From Chrysomallon squamiferum (taxonomy: Eukaryota; Animalia; Mollusca): 64,000 nucleotides of DNA. Numbering within the stretch: the stretch's first letter is position 1; every line of letters starts with the position of its first letter. The position numbers were made by a program, and so were the translations under genes. The DNA lies in contig CM022670.1 in assembly GCA_012295275.1 (NCBI GenBank), forward strand, positions 16,988,001 through 17,052,000, given 5' to 3'. The notes under the pieces were generated by a model. The model ran no database searches and was not told where the DNA came from. It saw only the letters and a program-made list of their open reading frames with translations. Shown piece after piece: positions 1-11,755 of this stretch.

Positions 1-537
1 TTTTATTATTATTTTTTTTTTTCACCATGTTCTTTCTGTTAGTTATATTATTTTTCAGCTGTGAGCCACCTAGCATCATTAAATTACAGCAGTACAAAAC
101 TGAAATTGTTCAGTTAAGAGCTATGTAAAGTTACTCGGGAAATGATATGTCAGCTGCTGTATTCAGTTTAAATTAACTTAATTTACAAAAAGGAATTAAA
201 GACATTTGCCAAAACACATAAAATGCATCACAAACTCTACATTTTTGCTAAATAACATAGATAATTCAAAAGATGCGTAAAATCCATTTGTTCATATTTT
301 CTGTCATACTAAATGTTACAAGAAAATCATTCAATTTTCCAGTTGATTAATGGTGATTGCTATTAACATTGTGAAAATAATTTCAGTTTAGTATTTTCAT
401 TTACATTTACAATTTCACAGTACATCTGATAAAAAAGAAAATATTTCACCAAGTATGTATGAATTCAAATTAAACATTTTTAAAACTGTAATACCGTAAC
501 AGATAGTCATAATAATTTATTTCTTTGATATTTTTAG

Positions 538-3500
538 GGCCAGCTTTGATAACATTACTAATGTAAAAGTTGTTGCTGATAACAAGACAGTTCAGACACC
601 TGATGGCCTGGCTGTTGATTGGATTTACAAACACATCTACTGGACAGATACTGGCAAGGATCGAATTCAAGTATCAAAAATGGATGGTTCCATGAGGAAG
701 ACTTTAGTGGGCACTGGTCTTGATGAACCTCGGGCTATTGTTGTTGATCCTAAAAATGGGTAAGTTTTTTTTTTTTTTTTCTGTTTTTAATTCTCTCTCT
801 CTATCTCTCTCTGTCTCCCTGTCCCTCTCCAGAAAACCAAAACAAATAGTTCAGCTACTTGATAATAGCTTATGAGTTTGTTCAGATGGTTTAAATATCT
901 CAGTAATTCTTTATTATATTCTAGATTAATACTTCAACAGTCTTTAACGTACTTTTTCGGTTTACTTAAACTTTCTCTTTATTATTTAGTTACATGTACT
1001 GGACAGATTGGGGAAACACACCAAAAATAGAAAAATGTGGAATGAATGGACAGGGACGTACTGCTATTATTGAAGCAAAAGATAACTTGCAGGAAATTGT
1101 ATGGCCTAATGGTCTTACTATTGGTAGGTTTACTTACTATTCTTTTTTTCTTATTGGTTTATCATAAAAAGACATCAGAAATGTGTTACCTGATTTCATA
1201 CTTTAAATTTCAGTGCAGTAGAAAACCAGTATGAATAGATGATTCATTATTGATGCACACAGTATTTTATTGCTGATGGTTACTTTATAAACAAAACTAA
1301 TTTAAATGAATTTGTGTAAGTGGTTATCCATGTTTGTCTCTTCAATTTTTTAATGTTTGTTTCATTTATTTTAAGATTATGTGGATCAGCGATTATACTG
1401 GATAGATGCCAAACTGCACATCATAGCAAGTTCCAACTTACATGGAGGTGACAGAAAAATCATTTTGCGGAATCATGTTGATTTAAACCATCCATTTGCC
1501 ATAACAGTGTTTGAGGTTTGTTTGCTATTTAAATGTGGTCATATTAAGTATATTTAATATTAGTTCTTTAGCAGACAAAGCACAATACAACATATTAGTC
1601 TGTAAAATATTAGTATACTTAAATTTTAGAAAAGTTGTTTTTCCTCTTTAGATTAGTACTTCAGATAAAGCACAACACAACAAATCTCATTTTCGCATTA
1701 ATTTAAATGTCTGTACATTTGCAATTATTACACATATGTATAGCCATTTGATTTGGTAAGAGTTTTGATTAAAAATGTTCTCCATTCAGCTTTTGTACCT
1801 GTTTGTTTTAAATGTCATGTAAATAAAAAAAAGAAATGTGTTTGAATCTAGTGATTCTGCTGATGGTTCTTGTATCAGGACAATAAACTTGCCAGCATTT
1901 TTATTCCAATTTAACTGATAAAACATTTCCATTTTTTCTTAGTTTCCTTGACTGTTTTTTTTTTCACCACCTCATCTGACAAAAACTGTACCTGCATTAA
2001 TAATAGCACTAATGATTCGAAAAAATATCTATAATTATACATAAATAACAAAAGCACACACTATTAACATTAAGTAGTTTTATGTACATTACCAGAAAAC
2101 ATCACATCTATCTTCAATTTTTATTTAATTTTATTTTTGTTCCTTTATTCAGGATTACTTATACTGGACAGACTGGCCTTCTGAATCTGTTCGTAAATTT
2201 ACAAAATTTGGTACTGAAAAAAATAGCGTGCAGACTATTGCATTAAATCTCCACTCTCCAATGGATGTTCAAGTTTTTCACAAATACAGGCAACCAACTA
2301 GTACAAGTAAGTTGTTGCAAAATACTTGACATAAGTTTTATATTTTTGGGGTAAAAGAAAAGAATATCACATTTTTACAAAAAATGTTTGTGTTTGGCAC
2401 AGTTTATATACAGCTTATGGAATATCAGTGTGAATATTAAAAAAGACCATCAGAAACTTGCTATCTATTACACATTTTTAAAATTACAAGTTTAAAGCGG
2501 AATTCCTGAAATGTTTTAAATTGTTCCACTATCAATAAAATCAATTATTCAATAAACTGCAATTATCTTGATTAATTAGTATATTGTTAAAAAATGGCAA
2601 AACAATACATGATACATTTTATTTCATTCTACAGATGCATGTGGCTCAAACAATGGTGGATGCTCTCATTTTTGCCTCCCTGCTCCAGATAGTGAAACGG
2701 CCAAGATTAAATTTACATGTGAATGCCCAGATGGCTATGTTCACATGCCATACAACATTAAAGAATGTGTTCTGGCTGGTATGTTTTTCATTTTAATGAT
2801 AAATAGTTATTACAGTTCATTTCCAGGGTTTTATTTATTTTTATTTTGTTCAGTTGTGGTTGTTGACATTTTTTATGAAAAAGTTTTTAAACCTTCTGAC
2901 TACTACAGGCAAGATAAGTTGGCCAGTTACAGAAACTAACACACTACATTTGGTATAAAGTATACTTATTTATGGTTCCTGCCACATCTCAATAGCAGAA
3001 AATAAAAACAGCACAATATAGGATTTTTAAGTAAAATCATTTTCTGCAAAAATGTACATTCAGAAAAACAGAAGCACATAACCATTTTAAAGAATTTATT
3101 GCCATTTTGTAATCTATAATAATTAATTTGTCTGAGAATACAGTCCAACTATCATACAAGTAAGTTTCCATTAGGCTAGTAGTCAGAAGGTTAATACTGT
3201 GTACAAGTTCTAATATTGTTAGTCACTTTATAACTTGTTATTTTTGCAACTAATGTACTAATGTTAAATATGTATTTCAGATTGTCCTGGAGAAATTTTT
3301 ATTTATTATACTTAGTTCTTTAATTGGATAAAACGGCACATGAAGCTAAACATTTGTCTTTTAATTTTATAGCAGTAGACTGACTACTATAATACCTGTA
3401 GGCTATAATGCATTTTGGCTTGTGCAACCATTTACTTTTGCATTTTTAATATAATATTTCCCCTTACTTAGTTTAGAAATTGTCATGCATTGTCTTCAGT

Positions 3501-6500
3501 AGTAGATAGCAGTTATGAAAATAGATGATCATAGTAGTAACCAGTACTGTTAAACAACTTTAGTTGTTTTGAATTTCTACTTTTTTTATAATGTCAAACT
3601 GCAGTACTAGCTTTTAAGGAGGTGGTTGATTTAATTAGAAACCTGTTTCGAAACATTGAATTACTTGTGTAGGATTTAGCACTCGTTGTCTTCTGCAGAA
3701 AATACAACAGAAGACATTACTACTGGTCCAAGAAATAATACCAATGGAAAGACTGAATCTCCAAATAGCAGTCATCAGTTACAAAATACTACTAAGGGTG
3801 AGATTTCTTCGTTGTTGTCGAGGTCACAATTCTGTAAAACTGTATTGTATTTTTACCATTACTTCCATTATTTGGATTTCAGAAGATAATGCTGACATAA
3901 TGAGGGCAGTATAATATTTGTTACTTCCATGTATTTACTTTCCCTTGCAGAAATAAACACATACATATTCACATATACACACACAGCTTTATACAAAATA
4001 TATATCCTGCTTGTAAGTAGTGAAATTAATTTGAGAATAACCATTAGTTTTCATAATTGAATTTATTATATCGGAGATGCCAATTATTGCAATTTGGATG
4101 TTATGATTGGTATTTACCCAATGAGCCAGTGTATTAAACCATAACTTGCAACCTTAAAAGAATACCTACGTTCCTCATTTCTGTATTTACTATGTTCGTC
4201 AGAGTAAGAGGCAAAGTGAAATTTTCTTCTGAAGTGCAGTTATGTTATACTTGACTGAAAATAGAAATTCCATATTGATGCAAATGATACTGCAATAATA
4301 ACTTAGTAATATTTATTAGCAAGATTAGAAAAACTGATTGCTCTCAAGTTCATTTGCAAACTTTTAAATGAATCTTTTATTGATTTTCAAGTCAAGAAAT
4401 AAATGTATAAGTAAATATAAAGTGGCTTGTTCCATGAAACAGTTGAGTGGTGGTGACTATTGAAATTCAGATAATACTTTATTTTTAAAACTTAATACTT
4501 TTGTGCAACCCTTTTAGGCAGAGTTCATTAGACTGCACTATTGAGCATCAGTTTAAACCAGAGTAGAATTTTAGGAGTTTATCCTCTTATTACAAAAACT
4601 GGCTCTGAAAAAATCATTACACTCATACTTCAGTAAAAGTTGGCATCTCTGCTGCATGTATGGTGACTGTTTTACATTTCTACTTTATTTTTACTTAACC
4701 AATTTTATTAAATATTTTTGTTGTTTATCTAACATAATATTCAGTGTTTAAAGTAATCGTGTTTCAATTTTACTTAAAGAAGTTAGTTTTTTTAAATGAT
4801 ATTGACAGTTGATTTTAAAATGTACATTTTTGTAGAGATTTGCGATACTGGAAATACATAGGTGTATCGATAAGTTTGCAAGATGGCATGACATTTACCT
4901 TAATAACTAACTGCACATACTTCTGTGAAATACCATAAAAATATTTAAATATAAGAAACGAAAATAACCATATATCATCTGTATTATAATCCACAACTGA
5001 ATGATAGAATGTGTTTTGTTATCCAAAACTGATATACAACCTAGTGAACTTCATGACAGGATTTGGTTTTTACAGAATGATTAAATAGCATATAAATTAA
5101 AGTTATAGACATCACACTTTTTCAAATATCATTTGAATTTTTACCAATGTTTTTTGGACTTTTTAAAACCATGCAGAGAGGGTGGCTTCTACAAAGATCT
5201 GATGAAGTCATTAAGTTGTTACAAATGTTGAAAAGCTAGTGAAATGCTGAGATATTGGTAAATGATTCTTTATGGGAGTAAACAAAGGACAAACTGATTT
5301 TTGACAAATTCTGATATTTTTGAAAAGGTGTTATGGAAAACTAAGTTTTACAGATTTGGAAGATTTTAGAGCTCTGGAAATCACTGCAAATAGTCCACTT
5401 TTTATTATTTAGTTACTTTCATACTGAACAAATGTTGCTGACAACAGGAAGCTAAATGGAGAATGGAAACAAAAAATATAAAAGAAGAAAAATTAACCCA
5501 GTAATTCACTCCATCTATGAAACCTCTCCATTACAAAAAAACAACAAACAAATAAAAAGCACAACTAAGCCTTCATCTAAATGTTTTCAGAATTTGGTAT
5601 TACTTTGTTTTTGTAGCTTTGGAATATAGTCAAACTATGTATATTTGTCTACTATTACATTTTTTAATTTTAATTTTTAAGATTTCCTTTCAATAACTCA
5701 CTATTTTTGCTAACAATTTTTGTTAATCGTTTGCAGGTTCAGTTGAACTTACTACCAAACCATCAGTTGAGGTGCAGACATCTGGGCACATCAAAGTTGA
5801 AGTGACATCTGCTCATGGTGGCTATTCTATTGATTCATCAAATCAATCTGTAACACTTAATTCTGGAAAACCTGAACAAAAAGAAAGCCAGAATATTGGA
5901 CATATTGCAGGAATTGTCATCGGACTGCTTGTCATAACTACTATAATAATTTCAATTGTAAGTTTGTGTGTATATATATATCTCTATATATGGATATATT
6001 AAGCTGAAAGCAAATACTATAAGATTAAAAATATTTTCAGTTAATTGTATGACATTAAAATCAAATTTTCCAAAATAATTTTAAGGCTATCAGGCCCCGA
6101 AATCTGATACATTTAGTTTTAAAGACAGTGGCAACAAATATAATTGTATCAAACATGTAACTGTCCAGCACATTCAGGGTTAACTGTCATTTAATTTTTG
6201 TTTAAGCACAAATGCCTAAGATTATGGGAGATGAGTTTCTGTAAATTAGTGTCAGTTTAAATTATTTTATTTCAGGTCTGCTTCTTCTTCTATAGAAGAT
6301 ATAGAGGTAGAAACGGAAAAAGCATGAACTTTGATAATCCTGTTTATCGGAAAACAACAACAGATGAACAGTTCATAATTGAGAAAAATAAAGCATTGCC
6401 TCCAGTAAGTTGCAGTTTTTAGGTTTCATTGCTAATCACCATAAAGAGTATTCTCGAGTATTTTCTCTTTTGTATTTGAAATTTCATGCAAATGTAAGTG

Positions 6501-6679
6501 TGAGTATATGTATTTTTGTTTCGTTCTTTTAAACAGATAATTTCATATGTTACTTTTGTCTAATATGTATATTTTAATGTTGATGAATTTTAGCTCCTTG
6601 ATAAAAACTGAAAATATTCATAAAATGTCATTTTCTTCTTCTTCCTCAGAGTTTGCAGCCACTTACACAGACAGTTTGA
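538..6679 (+). CDS. LDL-receptor family protein (VLDLR/lipophorin-receptor-like), 5'-partial, spliced
   Basis: Phase-consistent GT-AG exons: 538-759, 990-1123, 1376-1515, 2153-2306 (YWTD propeller: [40 protein letters not shown]); 2635-2778 (EGF: [22 protein letters not shown]); 3699-3797 (S/T-rich O-glycan segment); 5737-5957 ([20 protein letters not shown]); 6276-6404 ([13 protein letters not shown] internalisation motif); 6650-6679 (stop TGA). The ligand-binding repeats would lie upstream of the window. Confidence 0.93.
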
Positions 6680-7027
6680 TAGACCAGACTCTGCCTTAAC
6701 AGAACAACAACTTTATTCTATTGTGTTGATTAGTTTTCAAGTGAGTGTGATCATCATCTGTTAATACAGCACCTGCTATAGCTTGGTGTCCTGCTTGCTT
6801 GAATTCTGTTCTAAATGGAAGAGATTTGGATTTATCATCACAAATGACACTCTGCATTTTATTCCATTTTCTGTGCCAATTGAGTGTCCTGGTTATACTC
6901 TCTTGAGATCCTGATCTTCACTGGTTGTGTGACTGGTTTATTTTCTCTTTTGGTGTATGTATGTATGTATGTATGTATGTATGTATGTATGTATATATAT
7001 ATATGTATGTATATATATATATATATA

Positions 7028-7082
<55 letters not shown>

Positions 7083-7385
7083 ATATATGTATATATATGT
7101 ATGTATGTATGTATTATTTTTATTTTTTTTCTTTCTAGTTTTACAAGTGAGTCTGCATGGGTTCTTTTTTCAAGAAGATAATCATTTCTTTTTAAAATTA
7201 TTTTTGTTCAGAAGTACTTGTGTTTGAATGATTGAATGTTAGTGTATGTTTGATGAGAAACAAAGTTATTATTTTTCCAAATATTTGGATAACGTGACAA
7301 TAATAATGTTGAAGATTGTTTAAGTGTAAGTGTGTGTATATGTATATCTCTGTGTAATGGAGTAGATGAGGCTGTTTTCATATGG

Positions 7386-7424
<39 letters not shown>

Positions 7425-10140
7425 GAACTGTACACTATTTTCATTTGTGGCATATGTTTAAGCAGTTTGTTTATAAATATGTATAGTACTGAATATTGTG
7501 GTTCCTTTCCATAATTAGTGCAGAAATGTGATACTTATTTATATAGTCCAATATTGAACCTTAAATGAAATGATTAATACAAAAATAAATTAATAAAATA
7601 AAATGTATATACTACTGGTATAGCAGCAAGTAGTTTAGAAGTGCTTTCGTAACTTGGAAGTACTGTGTGCATGTGTGTTGGTGCATCTGAGAAAAATTTG
7701 GTCCAGTGTTTTTTTTTGAAATGCACCTTCTGATTGTTGATTACATTAACAAAGAGTAATGAATAGAAGAGGATAAAGAAGATGGTGGTGCATCCCAGCA
7801 CGGCTTGCGCTGGCCACATGTTCTTGTGTTAACATCAGACTGGCAACATCCTTGAAGTCTTTCACTTGATATGATAGGGAAAACTGGTTTTGACAGATTA
7901 ATATATTTAAAAATGTATTATAACATTTTGTATACTTTTGCAAATGGGTTGTCTGTTGTAGTCTACTTGCTCAAATTTAATATAAGATGCACTTTTTCAG
8001 TTATTAAAAAAACAATAAATGAAATAAGTCAGTAATAAACAGAAAAATCTTGGCAAACCACAAAAACAATTAAAATGAGTGTATTCATTTTTCAGATCTG
8101 AGCTGCAGTTATCTATATATTTTCTAAGTAATGTACAATAATACATAATGTTAGGTTTGTAAAATCTTAATAAAACTAATTTTTTATTTTTATTTATTTA
8201 TTTTTTTTCTCCCCTTCAGAAGTGATAGATCTGGTAACTTACATAATGACTAGAGAAAATGTAAAATGTAATGGAAAGATTTTTTTTCTTTTTTTTTTCT
8301 TTCTCCGTAAGTCAACATAAAAAGAAGCTTTGCATGTGTCATCGGGTAACGTTTTGGTTTTAAAACAAAATGTTTTATCCAATCTTGTTTCTGTTAAATA
8401 ACTTGGTGTAAAATTTCCATCGTTTTAAAATGATATTTAAGTACTGTATTGTTTTCTGATGAATTTGTAGGTAATGTAAGATTTTTAATCATTTCAACCA
8501 ATTATGACACCAGATTCTATGAAATATTTTTATTTTGTGTACATTGTTTTGTAACTAAGTGCAGCTTCTGTAAATAATTGTGAGTTACTGTTTAGTATTT
8601 ACAAAATGTAAATAAGGTAAGTGTTGTATGTGCTTAATGCAGTTGTTATTTACAAATTGTACATGATATAAAAGAATGTATTAAATTTTGTGCACTATAA
8701 ATTATTGTATGAGAAAGTAATTTGTTACAATGCCTGAATGGTTTTAACAAAATCAACAAATATTTTAAAATCAGTATTTATGTTTACAGTTTTCATATTT
8801 TAATTCATAGCTTACATCAAAGAAATAAGTAGCATTAACTGTCGGCTCGGAATTAGCATTGCTTGGCACAGAACATTACAACCTAAACTTAGGTTGTGGG
8901 TGTGTTGTGTGTGTGTGTGTGTTTTACATGAAAATGTACAGTAAATATTTCATGATAAAAGCAATTTTTGGACAATAGTGCTATAGCTTAAAGCTAATTA
9001 TTTTGAAACTGGATTTTATCAACATAAAGAAATTGTTTTCCTATTTAATATGAATGAATTTGTATATGTGTGTGTGCGTGTAAGTATAATGAAATAATGG
9101 GGTGGGGGGTGTTCCTCACTGATGTGCAGCTGAACTTGTAACAGTAATTTTGTGTGCTGAGTATTTAGAATCTCAAAACTGTTATGAGCAATTAGTGCTA
9201 TCTGATGTACATTTTAGATTCTTTATTTTGTTTTATTTTTAGTGCATGTAACAGCTGACTTGGTTATTTATTTTATTTATACAATTGTAATAGAATTTGA
9301 TTTGTAGGAAATCTGATATTGCTTCATACAGCTGTGTATTTATATATTTCAGATTTGTTATTTATTGATGTTGATAACATATTTAAATTGTGTCCAAGTA
9401 AATCTGTTAGGCTTTGTTGTTACATTAAATGTAAACAAAAAAAGAAGAAAAAACAGAAAAAGAAAAAGTGAATTGTTTGTCTACTACCTCTTTATATTTT
9501 CTGTCCAGATTAGATTCTTCAGATAATAATAATAATGAAACGTCTAATAATCAGGTAACCAGTGCAACCCTCAGGACATTGTTAACATCTTGTAAATGAT
9601 CTGATAGATATAGCAAGTAAAATATAATCTCCACATAGCAGTTATACTCGTAATGTAACACTTTCCCTCATTCCATTTAGTTGCTAAATCTTTTGCATGC
9701 TTTGTTTGTCAAGCTATAGTAACCGTAAGTTTTTATGCCTTGAATTCGTTTTAGTAAAGTTTTTGTTTAACTCTTGATACCCACCATAACTATCCAGGTA
9801 TTTGGAGATATATCGGTGTGGGTATGATGCATTCCTTGGCAAAGCAAAACTTTTTTTTTTTTTTTTTTTAATGTTCAGTAATATTAATTCCACAGTCTTA
9901 CAAAATATTTCATAATTTTCTTTTAAACCTTAGTGTCGTTACAGATATATCTCACTGGATGCGATTATAGTTGTTTGTATCACGTGAAAAACGTTGTTTG
10001 TGTAAAGTTGACAGGTTTGTGTGCTTTTTTTGTTTGTTGTATAAACTTCGAAAAAAAAAACAGAAAAAAAAAACCTTGCACGTTTGTAGATTTTGAATAC
10101 AAGTTGTAAATGTTTGCAAATAAATGTGACAATTATTAAA
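6680..10140 (+). other. Probable long AU-rich 3' UTR of the LDLR-family gene
   Basis: U-rich non-coding tract after the stop with many TGTA words. AATAAA near 10118-10123 is followed by T/GT-rich sequence, and composition changes after about 10.2 kb. The end point is inferred. Confidence 0.4.
6955..7112. repeat. Compound (GTAT)n/(AT)n microsatellite
   Basis: Directly visible; it produces spurious MYVC/YIYI ORFs. Confidence 0.9.
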
Positions 10141-11578
10141 ATTCTTTGTTTTCATTTTTGTATCTACTAGTATTAATACTACTGGTAAAAGCCATAAAAA
10201 TAGAAACAAATACATGAAGTATTATGCACTGAAAAGGATAAATGTCAGTAAAGAACTACAATCATACAGCACACAGTTGCCCAAAGTGACTTGGGGAGTA
10301 AAATTTTAAATGAAAACAAAAGAAAATGGGGTTTTTAACTTTGCAGTCGGTAAGCGAGCACGTGATAAAAACGCTAAAAAAATACCCCACGAGTCTTAAT
10401 GTCTATGATCGCTCCGTGCTTAAATGTATAGTCAAAAACTAAGTGGCACAGAAAACGTCGAAAGAAGTCACGTGGAATACATCGATCGACATTCATCTTG
10501 GAAGGCCTGGATCGGTTGGTTGCTCAATTGTGGTCATTTTTGAACTCGGAGGTGTTTCATGGAATCATATTTATGGACCATGCAGGCCACAGAACCTGAT
10601 TTATGCTAATCTACCTTATGAAGCTTAAAGGCTCGCGGATGCAACAATCGTCTTTTGTACCTTCTTTTTCGTGTTCATTTCGCGATACTTCTTTCGTCTG
10701 TTTTTTGCATCTATTTATTCTTCAGTTGTAATGTTAAGTCTTAAAACTAGTTCTTGGTACTTATCTTATTCTTTTTTTTACCGATTTCTTTACATATTTA
10801 TATATTTTAATGTTTTGGCTTTTCGTCATCATTATTTGGAATAACAAATATATGATCTACAGCAATATCGTTAATGCACGTTTTCTAAAAAGAACTATAT
10901 ATGACAATATTGTTAAGTGACTTCTTCAGCAACAAAAATAGTATATATGGCAATATGGTTAAGTTTTTGTCAACAAAATGTAAGTCGATCAACATCACTG
11001 AAAATATACAAAATTACAATGAAAGGAACGTTATATTTTGTTATTTAATTAAAAAGGAAAAAGAAAGATGCCTAATCCACTGATGGAAACAATTAATCGC
11101 AAAAGCTAAAACAGTTGCACTGCTACGGTATAACGGAGAACAGTTCTTAACTAACTAACGGAGGCCATTGTCATTTATTTTGGGATCATTTAAATACAAA
11201 GGGAAAAATTATAAATGTGAAAATAGTAAATACAAATAAAATGAAACATATAAGACCAACAATGCAAAAATACTATGATCTGAGTCAAATTTTCGAGAAT
11301 CTGATTTATTTTCACAACCAAAAGAAGCGGCCAGGACGGAAAGTAATTCAGTTCAGGAATCTCGAGGGTGTGTCATATGGGTATGTCTCATGTATATCTG
11401 TGGAAATGTGCTAACCTTCTGTTTAAGGTATGCAATGCAAGTTCAGCAGCTACGGCTTCTGTCCCTTTCACTGTTCTGCAGCGGCCATAGTAACTGCATC
11501 CTTCGGACTTTCTGTTACCTACCCATTTTCCATAGTGTTTGTAACAAAAATGTCTGATATTCATTACCAGAAATGTAG

Positions 11579-11609
<31 letters not shown>

Positions 11610-11755
11610 CAGTTATATTGATGAAAGGATTTGAAGCCGAGCTTGCTCCGAGCGCCTGCCACCCTAGGGTCGTACCTGTGTTCAGGACATGAACGAGAAC
11701 ATATATGAGAAAGCATCAGTTTATAACAATTTATACAGTCACAAACACGTATGAT

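Noticed and set aside
59-125. Possible extra LDLR exon after TTTTTCAG
   Set aside because: No recognisable YWTD/EGF sequence in its translation, so I cannot support it.
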